NCBI GenBank assembly: GCA_944376825.1
Contig: CALWDY010000031.1
Span: 1 to 54,177, forward strand
Length of the DNA stretch: 54,177 nt
Direction of reading: 5' to 3'
Source: an uncultured Clostridia bacterium
Lineage (GTDB): Bacteria > Bacillota > Clostridia > Christensenellales > UBA1242
In this document: piece by piece, positions 18,669 through 27,559 of the stretch
Layout: each line of letters opens with the position of its first letter
Numbering within the stretch: position 1 is the stretch's first letter
Position numbers and translations under genes: made by a program
The notes under the pieces: model-generated
What the model was told of the DNA's origin: nothing
The model's input: the letters and a program-made list of their open reading frames with translations, nothing else
The model's database searches: none

Positions 18669-19871
18669 ATGGCTAAGGAAAAATTTGATAGAAGTAAGAC
18701 ACACGTTAACATTGGTACAATTGGACACGTTGACCATGGTAAAACAACACTTACTTCAGCAATATGCCAATACAGTGCTCTTAGAGGTCTTGCAGAAAAA
18801 ATGAAATATGAAGACATTGATAAGGCACCAGAAGAAAAAGCAAGAGGAATTACAATCAACACAGCACACGTTGAATATCAAACAGCTAACAGACACTATG
18901 CTCACGTAGACTGTCCTGGACACGCTGACTATGTTAAAAACATGATCACAGGTGCTGCTCAAATGGACGGAGCAATATTAGTTGTTTCAGCTGCTGATGG
19001 TCCAATGCCTCAAACAAGAGAACACATTTTGCTTGCTCGTCAAGTTGGTGTTCCATACATTGTTGTATTCATGAACAAAATGGATCAAGCTGACCCAGAA
19101 CTTGCAGAACTTGTAGAAATGGAAATAAGAGACTTATTATCATCTTATGATTTCCCAGGAGATACAACTCCAATCGTTAAAGGTTCAGCTCTTAAAGCAT
19201 GTGAAGCATGCGAAGCAGGAAATCTTGACAGTGAATGGTTAAAACCAATCCAAGAACTTCTTGACACAATCGACTCATACATTCCAGACCCAGCAAGAGA
19301 AACAGATAAACCATTCTTAATGCCAGTTGAAGATGTATTCACAATCACAGGTCGTGGTACAGTTGCAACAGGTAGAGTAGAAAGAGGAACAATTAAAATT
19401 AACGACACAGTTGAAATCGTTGGAATGAGCAACGGTGGAAAACAAACAGTTGTTACAGGCGTTGAAATGTTTAGAAAACTTCTAGATGAAGCACAAGCTG
19501 GTGACAATGTTGGTTTACTTCTTCGTGGTGTACAAAGAACAGAAATCGAAAGAGGTCAAGTTCTTTGCAAACCAGGTTCAATACACCCACATACAGAATT
19601 TACTGCACAAGTGTATGTTATTAAAAAAGAAAAAGATGGACGTCATACTCCATTCTTTAATGGATACAGACCACAATTCTATTTTAGAACAACAGACGTT
19701 ACAGGAACAATCAAACTTCCAGAAGGAGTTGAAATGGTTATGCCAGGAGATAACGTTACTATGGAAATTTCTCTTATCACACCAATCGCTATTGAAGAAG
19801 GACTTCGTTTCGCTATCCGTGAAGGTGGCAGAACAGTAGGTTCAGGTGTTGTTTCAAAAATTATAAAATAA
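18669..19871 (+). CDS. tuf: Elongation factor Tu
   Basis: Start ATG 18669 after AAGGAG, 400 aa. Contains [26 protein letters not shown] and [10 protein letters not shown]. Confidence 0.99.
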   Translation: MAKEKFDRSKTHVNIGTIGHVDHGKTTLTSAICQYSALRGLAEKMKYEDIDKAPEEKARGITINTAHVEYQTANRHYAHVDCPGHADYVKNMITGAAQMDGAILVVSAADGPMPQTREHILLARQVGVPYIVVFMNKMDQADPELAELVEMEIRDLLSSYDFPGDTTPIVKGSALKACEACEAGNLDSEWLKPIQELLDTIDSYIPDPARETDKPFLMPVEDVFTITGRGTVATGRVERGTIKINDTVEIVGMSNGGKQTVVTGVEMFRKLLDEAQAGDNVGLLLRGVQRTEIERGQVLCKPGSIHPHTEFTAQVYVIKKEKDGRHTPFFNGYRPQFYFRTTDVTGTIKLPEGVEMVMPGDNVTMEISLITPIAIEEGLRFAIREGGRTVGSGVVSKIIK

Positions 19872-19906
19872 TTTTAAAGTTAGATAATATAACCCAATTA
19901 TCTTGT

Positions 19907-19938
19907 AAAAAAAGACGGCTTAACCCACCGTCTTTTTT
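19907..19938 (+). terminator. Intrinsic terminator after tuf
   Basis: AAAAAAGACGG-cttaaccca-CCGTCTTTTTT. Confidence 0.88.
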
Positions 19939-20005
19939 AATTTATAAAAAACATTTGGAATGATAAAAAAAATGTTATAAAATATTGTTTAAAAAGGAGA
20001 ATATA

Positions 20006-20542
20006 ATGAATATTTGGAAAGATATAAGCAAAGACAGAATTAAAGCACATGATTTTGTTGCATGCATAGAAATTGAACAAGGAAGCAAAAACAAATACGA
20101 ACTTGACAAAGAAACGGGGTTAATAATACTTGATAGAGTGCTTTATACAAGTACACACTATCCAATGAACTATGGCTTTATTCCACATACTATGTCGGGA
20201 GATGGAGATCCGCTTGATGTTTTTGTGCTTTGCAGTCAGCCAATTGAAAAAATGAGTTTGGTAAGGTGCTATCCAATTGGAATAGTTCATGTTATGGACA
20301 GAAATGAAGTTGATGAAAAAATTATAGCCATACCTTATGGTGATCCACAATACAATTCTTATATAGATATAAAAGAGTTGCCTGCGCATATATTAAACGA
20401 ATTAAAACATTTTTTAAAAGTTTATAAGCAACTTGAAAACAAAGAAGTCACTGTTGCCAAAACCGAAGGGGCAGAGGAAGCCAAAAAATGTATTGATGAG
20501 TGTATATTAACATTTGAAAATTTATATAAAAATAAGCAATAA
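20006..20542 (+). CDS. ppa: Family I soluble inorganic pyrophosphatase
   Basis: Start ATG 20006 after AAGGAG. Motifs are GSKNKYELDKETG, YPMNYGFIPHT and DGDPLDV. Confidence 0.95.
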   Translation: MNIWKDISKDRIKAHDFVACIEIEQGSKNKYELDKETGLIILDRVLYTSTHYPMNYGFIPHTMSGDGDPLDVFVLCSQPIEKMSLVRCYPIGIVHVMDRNEVDEKIIAIPYGDPQYNSYIDIKELPAHILNELKHFLKVYKQLENKEVTVAKTEGAEEAKKCIDECILTFENLYKNKQ

Positions 20543-20583
20543 ATGTAAAAAAATTATGTTTTGCAAATTAAATTGATTGAAGT

Positions 20584-21276
20584 ATGATAAATTATATGAA
20601 TTTAGTTGAAAAAGAAATAAAAAAAAATGAAGATTTAAAATATTGTGAATTTTCAAAAAAAATAATTAAAGAAACTCAAATAAAAGTAAGGTCAACAAAA
20701 GCTAAACAAATTGCTAAAAAATACGCAAACACGCAAATAGGAAAAATTTTTTTAAACAACTTGCCTCATAAAAGTGGTGATGAGTATAATGTTCACGGTC
20801 TTATGCTAGGCTATATTAAAAATGTCGAGATTTGTGAGCTTATTAATGAAATTGAAAAATTTTTGCCATATATTAATAATTGGGCTACTTGTGACTATAC
20901 TGTTTCAAATCTTAAAATAATAAAAAAACGTGCAAAAATGTTTAAAAAATTTGCAAGAAAATGGTTAAAAAGCAAAAAAACGTTTGTGAAAAGGTTTGCA
21001 ATTGTTATTTTTTTAACATATTTTTTGGATTATAATTTTGAAGAAAATGATTTGTATATTCTTGCAAAAATAAATAGTGATAATTACTATGTAAATATGG
21101 CACTTGCATGGTATTTTAGCGTTGGACTGGTTAAACATTATGAGAAAACAATAAAAGTATTAAAAGATAAATGTATAATAAATTCTTGGGTTCATAATAA
21201 AACAATCAAAAAGGCTTGTGAAAGTTATAGAATAGAAAAGCATACAAAAATGTATTTAAAAAGTTTAAAACGCTAA
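20584..21276 (+). CDS. DNA alkylation repair protein (AlkD-like HEAT-repeat family)
   Basis: INNWATCD, YYVNMALAWYFS and HNKTIKKACESYRI match the DNA_alkylation family pattern. Confidence 0.85.
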   Translation: MINYMNLVEKEIKKNEDLKYCEFSKKIIKETQIKVRSTKAKQIAKKYANTQIGKIFLNNLPHKSGDEYNVHGLMLGYIKNVEICELINEIEKFLPYINNWATCDYTVSNLKIIKKRAKMFKKFARKWLKSKKTFVKRFAIVIFLTYFLDYNFEENDLYILAKINSDNYYVNMALAWYFSVGLVKHYEKTIKVLKDKCIINSWVHNKTIKKACESYRIEKHTKMYLKSLKR

Positions 21277-21332
21277 ATTGTTTGTAATAAAATAAAATAT
21301 CTAGTAAACTAATAAATGTATAAGGAGCATTT

Positions 21333-22199
21333 ATGAAATTTAAAAAAATTATTATAATGTGTTTAACAGTAATGTTTTGTTTTTTATTTTCAGCGTGCAA
21401 TTTCACAAATACATCTAAAATTTTAAGTACAAATGAAAATATTTATAACTTTTATTGTGATTCTCTTTTAAAAACACAAAATTCTATTGAAACCGATATA
21501 AATAAATTTTCATTAAACACCGAAAATAAAAGCAAAATTAATGCAACATTGGATTTAACTGATGTAACTTTACAAGAGGAAATTGCTATAATTTCGGGCA
21601 TAGAATGTTATAATTTGGTGTCTTCTCCAAAAGAAGTGTATTTAGATATAGATAATGGTGTAATTTTTGTAAAACAACAAGGAAGATCATATATTTCAAC
21701 AATTACAATTGATGAAGTGTCTTATGAATATGAATTTTCTATATCAAAAGATTCTATAACTAACGAATACACAGTTAATTATAAAAAAAATATAAATGAA
21801 GAAAATCTTTTATGTAGTGCAAAAGTTGTTTATGATATGTCGCAGAGTAGATTATCAATTAAAATTCAATCATATAGCGACAAAACCGGACAAAAATTTG
21901 AATCTTATAAAGATTGTTATTCGTTGGTAAATAACAATAAAGCATTGAGAATAAATATTTTACAAGGAGACACAAATAATCGCTCGATATATGTAATTGA
22001 CACATACAAAGAGATAATAAACTTTAAAACAAAAGTTGCAAGTTGTAATGCTCTTAGTGGAGATTTATTGGTTGGCGAAATAAATGAAAATACATTTATA
22101 TCCTCATCGTCAACAGACAAATGTGGGTTTATTTTAGAATATGATGCAGATACTCAAAATCCTGCAATAAACACTTTTGGCGATTTAACAAAATGGTAA
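21333..22199 (+). CDS. Putative lipoprotein of unknown function
   Basis: MKFKKIIIMCLTVMFCFLFSA-C is a basic N-region, hydrophobic core and lipobox. RBS is AAGGAG. 288 aa. Confidence 0.75.
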   Translation: MKFKKIIIMCLTVMFCFLFSACNFTNTSKILSTNENIYNFYCDSLLKTQNSIETDINKFSLNTENKSKINATLDLTDVTLQEEIAIISGIECYNLVSSPKEVYLDIDNGVIFVKQQGRSYISTITIDEVSYEYEFSISKDSITNEYTVNYKKNINEENLLCSAKVVYDMSQSRLSIKIQSYSDKTGQKFESYKDCYSLVNNNKALRINILQGDTNNRSIYVIDTYKEIINFKTKVASCNALSGDLLVGEINENTFISSSSTDKCGFILEYDADTQNPAINTFGDLTKW

Positions 22200-22203
22200 A
22201 TTT

Positions 22204-24222
22204 ATGGAAGATGTTGAAATAAATAAAGAAAAAGATTATTTAAATAATGTGCTTAACGAAATTGACACACAAATGTTAAGCATAAATAAATTGATAGATA
22301 AATTGGAAAAAGAGATGCATGAACTAACGCATCATTTTTCTGATCAATATTATTTTTTGGATGATGAAGAAACTGTAAGCGGTGGAGATGAACTTGATGA
22401 CGCTGAAAGAACAATAAATGAAACAAAAAATAAATATTATAGATTAAAAAAACAAAAATTATCACCATATTTTGGAAAAATCACATTTAAAGATAAAAAA
22501 ACAAAAGAAACTGATAACTTTTATATTGGTACATTTAATTTAACAAACAACACAGAAATTCCGTTGGTTTGCGATTGGAGAGCGCCTGTAAGTAGTCTGT
22601 TTTATGACTATGAAGTTGGTGAGGCTAAATATATGGCACCGATGGGTGAAATATGTGGTGAAATTTTAAATAAAAGACAATTTAAAATTAAAAACAGCAA
22701 TATGGAGTATTGCTTTGACACAAATTTAACAATTCAAGATGAAATTCTTCAAAAAGAACTTGCAAACAATACAAATCAAAAAATGAAAAACATTGTTTCA
22801 ACAATCCAAAAAGAACAAAACACAATAATAAGAGATTCTTCAAAAATATTGTTTGTTCAAGGTGTTGCCGGCAGTGGAAAAACATCGATTGCATTACATA
22901 GGGTTGCCTATTTATTGTATAAATATAGAGAAAAATATAAATCAAAAGACATTTTGATTATTTCTCCAAACCAAATTTTTAGTGATTATATATCAACAGT
23001 ATTGCCTTCACTAGGCGAAGAAAATATACAATCAATGTCTTTTTATGATATTGCAAAAGACGAACTTGTTTCTCTTACAAACGATTTGCAAGTAAGGGAA
23101 GAAGAACTTGACGAACTTGCAGAAAACCCACAAAGATTAAACGAAGTTGCATATAAAAATTGTTTTGATTTTTGCGAAAGTCTAAAAACTTATTTAAAAA
23201 CATATGTAAATGTTGGATTTAATGCACATGACTTGTCTTTTGGAGATATAAAAATAAAAAAAGAAGAACTTGAAGATCTTTATAACAAAAAATATATTGA
23301 CAAAACACCAGCAATTAGAGTTGGTTGGATTGCTGATTATATCATGGATAAACTTGATATGAAAGAACATAACGAAGATTTGTATAACAGAATAAAAAAA
23401 GTGTTACTTCCAATGTTTATACAAAATTCTTTGGTTGAAATTTATGCAGATTTTCTTGATAAAATTGGAATGAAATTTTCTTTTAGTTCTAATAATAAAA
23501 TAAGAAATGAAGACATAGCACCTATACTTTATATAAAAAATTATATTTTGGGAATAACAAAATATAAAAATATAAAATATTTGGTTATTGATGAAATGCA
23601 AGATTATTCGCCTTTGCACTATGAACTTTTAAATGAAATGTTTAACTGCGAAAAAACAGTGCTTGGAGATATTTATCAATGCTTGGAAAAGATTATTGAA
23701 GAAAAAGAACTTGATAAATATGCACATATGTTAAATGCAAAAGAAATTTTAAAATTAAACAAAACATATCGTTCAACATACGAAATTGTAGAATTTGCTG
23801 ATAAAATTAAAGGTTTAAATTCTAATAAGGTTGATAGGCACGGAGAAGAAGTTTGTGTTAAAACTTTTGTCAATATTGAAAATGAAGTAAAATATATTGA
23901 AAATTTAATTAAAAGCGCTGAAAATTTTGAAACAATTGCAATAATATGCAAAACAAAAAGTCAGGCCGAACTATATTATAGTTACATAAACACAATTCAA
24001 GATTTAAAATTATTAGATGAAAATGGTGAAATTTCCAAAATTATGATAATGCCAGCAAGTGTGTGTAAGGGGCTTGAATTTGATATGGTTATACTTCCTA
24101 ATGTTAGTAGTCAAAATTATAATAATTTTTTAGATAAAAACTTGTTGTATGTTTCATGTACAAGAGCGCTACATAAACTGTGTTTAACATCATGTGGAGA
24201 TGTTTGTAAATTTGTAAAATAG
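22204..24222 (+). CDS. helD: HelD-family SF1 helicase-like RNA polymerase recycling factor
   Basis: 672 aa with SPYFG, DWRAPVSSLFY, VQGVAGSGKTSIALHRVAYLLY, VIDEMQD, KGLEFD and LYVSCTRA. Confidence 0.88.
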   Translation: MEDVEINKEKDYLNNVLNEIDTQMLSINKLIDKLEKEMHELTHHFSDQYYFLDDEETVSGGDELDDAERTINETKNKYYRLKKQKLSPYFGKITFKDKKTKETDNFYIGTFNLTNNTEIPLVCDWRAPVSSLFYDYEVGEAKYMAPMGEICGEILNKRQFKIKNSNMEYCFDTNLTIQDEILQKELANNTNQKMKNIVSTIQKEQNTIIRDSSKILFVQGVAGSGKTSIALHRVAYLLYKYREKYKSKDILIISPNQIFSDYISTVLPSLGEENIQSMSFYDIAKDELVSLTNDLQVREEELDELAENPQRLNEVAYKNCFDFCESLKTYLKTYVNVGFNAHDLSFGDIKIKKEELEDLYNKKYIDKTPAIRVGWIADYIMDKLDMKEHNEDLYNRIKKVLLPMFIQNSLVEIYADFLDKIGMKFSFSSNNKIRNEDIAPILYIKNYILGITKYKNIKYLVIDEMQDYSPLHYELLNEMFNCEKTVLGDIYQCLEKIIEEKELDKYAHMLNAKEILKLNKTYRSTYEIVEFADKIKGLNSNKVDRHGEEVCVKTFVNIENEVKYIENLIKSAENFETIAIICKTKSQAELYYSYINTIQDLKLLDENGEISKIMIMPASVCKGLEFDMVILPNVSSQNYNNFLDKNLLYVSCTRALHKLCLTSCGDVCKFVK

Positions 24223-24282
24223 GCAATGATTGAATATAACAACAATTATTGCTTTTTTTATATAAATATTGAAAAAGTATAA

Positions 24283-24298
24283 TTGAACACATGTTCAA
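24283..24298. promoter_or_regulatory. LexA(DinR)-like SOS box
   Basis: TTGAAC-ACAT-GTTCAA has the Bacillota core GAAC-N4-GTTC, and its spacer fits RNRY. It directly follows TATAAT at 24278-24283. Confidence 0.55.
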
Positions 24299-24357
24299 CT
24301 GTGCATGTTGTTTAAAAAAATATTGGAGATGTAAAGTTAATTATAAATATAAAATAA

Positions 24358-24386
24358 TTGCAAATATTTTGTAATAGTGATAAACT
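24358..24386 (+). promoter_or_regulatory. Probable proximal asnS promoter
   Basis: TTGCAA (24358-24363), 17 bp spacer, TAAACT (24381-24386), extended TG at 24378-24379. Confidence 0.55.
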
Positions 24387-24443
24387 TATAAATATTTTAT
24401 TACTTATCAAATATGGTTTGCATAAGTGTTAAAGGAGTTATCA

Positions 24444-25829
24444 ATGAAAGCAGTAGATGTTAAAGCAATTTATGAAAAATTGCAAGAATTCGATGGTAAA
24501 GAAATTTTAGTTAACGGTTGGGTAAAAAGTGTCAGGGCAAATAAAGACTTTGGTTTTATTGATTTTACTGATGGAACTTGTTTTAAGTCAGCCCAAATAG
24601 TGTTTAACAAACTGGAAAATTTTGATCAAATATCAAAGTTAAATGCTGGTTCAACAATTATATGTAAAGGAAATGTTAAACTAACACCAGAAAATAAACA
24701 GCCGTTTGAAATTGTCGCAAAAACAGTTAGTGTTTTTTGTGCAACAGATAGCGAATATCCTCTTCAAAAGAAAAGGCACAGTGTTGAATTTTTAAGGGAA
24801 ATTGCATATTTAAGGCCAAGAGCAAACTTGTTTCAGGCTGTGTTTAGAATTAGAAGTGTTGCAGCAATGGCTATTCATGAATACTTTCAAAACAATGGAT
24901 ATTTGTATGTAAACACCCCTTTAATTACAACAACAGATTGTGAAGGCTCCGATCAAATGTTTAAAGTTACAACTTTAAATTTCAACAATCTTCCAAAGGA
25001 TAAGGATGGAAAAGTTGATATAAAAGAAGATTTGTTTGGCAAACAAGCATATATAACAGGAAGCGGACAACTCCATGGAGAAGCATTTGCTCTTGCTTTT
25101 AATAAAATTTATACTTTTGGTCCAACTTTTAGAACAGAAAACAGCAACACAAAAACTCACGCAAACGAATTTTGGATGATTGAACCAGAAATTGCTTTTT
25201 GCGATTTGGATGGGCTTATGGACATAGAAGAAGACATGCTTAAATATATTGTAAAAACGGTGATAGACAAATGCAAACAAGAACTTGAATTTTTAGATTC
25301 ATTTGTTTCAAACGGGCTTTTAGATAAATTAAATAAACTTTTGGCAAGTAAATTTACAAGGATAGATCATAAAGATGTTATTGATATACTAAAAAAAGCA
25401 GATGTTAAGTGGGAATTTGAACCTGTTTATGGCGGAGACATAGCAAAAGAGCACGAAAAATATATAACAGAATACTTTGGTGGTCCTGTTTTTGTTAAAA
25501 ATTGGCCAAAAGATATTAAAGCATATTATATGAAATTAAACGAAGATGGAAAAACGGTTGCCGCAGTAGATCTTGAAGTGCCTGGTGCAGGGGAACTCAT
25601 GGGGGGAAGTCAAAGAGAAGAAGATTACAATAAAATTCTTGATAGATGCAATGAAATGAAAGTGGACACAAGTGCCATAGATTGGTATTTAAATTTAAGA
25701 AAGTTTGGAAGTTGCATTCACTCGGGTTTTGGTATGGGATTTGAAAGGCTTGTTATGTATTTAACAGGTGTTGAAAATATAAGAGATGTTATTCCTTTCC
25801 CAAGAACACCACAAAATTGTTTGTTTTAA
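24444..25829 (+). CDS. asnS: Asparagine--tRNA ligase
   Basis: Start ATG 24444 after AAGGAG. Motifs are SGQLHGE, YTFGPTFRTENSNT, EFWMIEPE and HSGFGMGFER. Confidence 0.96.
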   Translation: MKAVDVKAIYEKLQEFDGKEILVNGWVKSVRANKDFGFIDFTDGTCFKSAQIVFNKLENFDQISKLNAGSTIICKGNVKLTPENKQPFEIVAKTVSVFCATDSEYPLQKKRHSVEFLREIAYLRPRANLFQAVFRIRSVAAMAIHEYFQNNGYLYVNTPLITTTDCEGSDQMFKVTTLNFNNLPKDKDGKVDIKEDLFGKQAYITGSGQLHGEAFALAFNKIYTFGPTFRTENSNTKTHANEFWMIEPEIAFCDLDGLMDIEEDMLKYIVKTVIDKCKQELEFLDSFVSNGLLDKLNKLLASKFTRIDHKDVIDILKKADVKWEFEPVYGGDIAKEHEKYITEYFGGPVFVKNWPKDIKAYYMKLNEDGKTVAAVDLEVPGAGELMGGSQREEDYNKILDRCNEMKVDTSAIDWYLNLRKFGSCIHSGFGMGFERLVMYLTGVENIRDVIPFPRTPQNCLF

Positions 25830-25859
25830 AAAAAATGGCAAATTTTTGCCATTTTTTTT
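25829..25859. terminator. Bidirectional terminator between asnS and the convergent surface-protein gene
   Basis: AAAAAAATGGCAAA-tt-TTTGCCATTTTTTT. Confidence 0.85.
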
Positions 25860-25903
25860 AAATTTTTTAATAAAATCAATATTATTTTTAAAAAATAATG
25901 TTT

Positions 25904-27355
25904 TTACCAAATTTTTTCACGCATCTTATTTGAAATTAATATTGAACTTATACAAATTGCAACCAAGCAAACAACTGCAATAGAAATATATATCCAAAGT
26001 GCATTTTGCTGAATTGTTTTTGCATTTAAAGTTATTGTTTTTGAAATTGCTTCTCCTTCAGTTCCATCAGCGTTTAACAACTTAACTACAATAACATATT
26101 CTCCTGCTAGTGATGGCTCAAATTTAATGTGAGAACCGGTGGCATATGCTTCTTTGTTTATCATCCATACTATTTCATCTTCTTCATAATAATTTTCTGT
26201 GTCTATTTTGCAATCAAACGCTTGAACATTTGTTGAAGTGTTGGAATATGCATTTGTTGTAATTGTGAATTCGTGTTCTTCTGTTGCAGGTTTTGGATTT
26301 ATTACAATTTCATATATATCGCTTTTAACATAAACATTGTCAATTGTTGCCTGAGCAAAAATTTTATATGTACCAACTATGTTTTGAAGAGGATTAAAAG
26401 TGTAATCTTTTTGATTGCTTTGAATGTTTTGTTTTTTGTAGATATGGCTGTTTGGATATTTTAAAAACCAAGATATTTGATATTCTTTTGTTATTGGCAC
26501 ATCTGCGGTGAACTTTATTGGTTGATTATGCTCATCGTATGTTTGAACAAGATTTCCGCTGTGCGTAATATTTATAACATAATCTTCATTTGTTGATATT
26601 ACAAGTTCAACCGTTGCTGAAAGTTTTTTGTTGTTTTCTATTTCGACAGAAATTTCTGTTGTTCCAATTTTTATCATGTCTTTTGTTATGGTAATTGAAG
26701 AAGTTTTGCTGGAAAGTGTGGTTGTGCCTATTTTCCATATGTAATTAAATGTTAAAGTTGGATCAACAAAATTTTCAAACTCAAAAACAGCGTTTAAAAC
26801 TATGTCCGAAAAAGTTTCGTATAATTGAGTTAAGCTATTGTTGTTTTGAATGTTTATTCTTTCGGGATTTGCATAATTACAGCAAACCGAAATTTGGCTT
26901 TGACTGGATTGAAGTGAGCAAATAATATTTAGTGTGCATGGTTTAAGTGGTGTAATATTTATATCTTTTCCAATTAGTTCAAGTGTGTAGTATTCATCAT
27001 TAAAAATATTAGAAGAAAAAGAAACATTTTGAGTGGTTTCGTTTGTTAAATTTTCTACAGTCCAAGTTATTTGATTTATTATTTCAGTTGTTGCACTGCT
27101 TGCGTCTGCCATGGTTATATCTGTTTTTATCTTGTATGTTTGATATGGTGTTTGCGTGTTGTTTTCAAAATTTATTTGATATATCTCATTTTCTTTTTGC
27201 ACTTCAAGTTCGTTTTGCAAGTAATGCATTGATATAGATATATTTGACACGGTTGTATTGTCTGCAAACGCACTTGTTAAAGAGGCTGAATTTAAATTTG
27301 ATGCACAAAATAAACATAAAATAAAAACAAATAAAAAATACATTTTTTTTTTCAT
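25904..27355 (-). CDS. Secreted, C-terminally membrane-anchored protein with several Ig/PKD-like beta-sandwich modules
   Basis: 483 aa with an N-terminal signal peptide (MKKKMYFLFVFILCLFCA...AFA). It has repeated 'Y/IxW...G(T/E)Yx(I/V)' beta patterns, a C-terminal TM (ALWIYISIAVVCLVAICISSILI) and a short basic tail. RBS is AGGAG. Confidence 0.75.
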   Translation of the reverse strand: MKKKMYFLFVFILCLFCASNLNSASLTSAFADNTTVSNISISMHYLQNELEVQKENEIYQINFENNTQTPYQTYKIKTDITMADASSATTEIINQITWTVENLTNETTQNVSFSSNIFNDEYYTLELIGKDINITPLKPCTLNIICSLQSSQSQISVCCNYANPERINIQNNNSLTQLYETFSDIVLNAVFEFENFVDPTLTFNYIWKIGTTTLSSKTSSITITKDMIKIGTTEISVEIENNKKLSATVELVISTNEDYVINITHSGNLVQTYDEHNQPIKFTADVPITKEYQISWFLKYPNSHIYKKQNIQSNQKDYTFNPLQNIVGTYKIFAQATIDNVYVKSDIYEIVINPKPATEEHEFTITTNAYSNTSTNVQAFDCKIDTENYYEEDEIVWMINKEAYATGSHIKFEPSLAGEYVIVVKLLNADGTEGEAISKTITLNAKTIQQNALWIYISIAVVCLVAICISSILISNKMREKIW

Positions 27356-27498
27356 GGGACTCTCCTAATTATTAATTTACCACAATTTAACTAAAAATAA
27401 AAATATTTTTTATTTAATTTTAATTTTAATTTTATTTTTTATTAAATAAAAAATTTTATATATTTGTGTGGCATGACCATATTTTAATGCCATTTTGA

Positions 27499-27527
27499 TT
27501 GCCATTTATTTGTATAATTTATATAAT
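27499..27527 (+). promoter_or_regulatory. SigA promoter of the giant surface protein gene
   Basis: TTGCCA (27499-27504), 17 bp spacer, TATAAT (27522-27527). Confidence 0.65.
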
Positions 27528-27559
27528 ATAACTAAGAATAATAAGGATGGTGCAAGTAT

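Noticed and set aside
27410..27445. (AATTTT)n short repeats as a phase-variation tract in the surface-locus promoter region
   Set aside because: There are only about three copies in nearly pure AT sequence, and they lie outside the -35/-10 spacer. Expected by chance.
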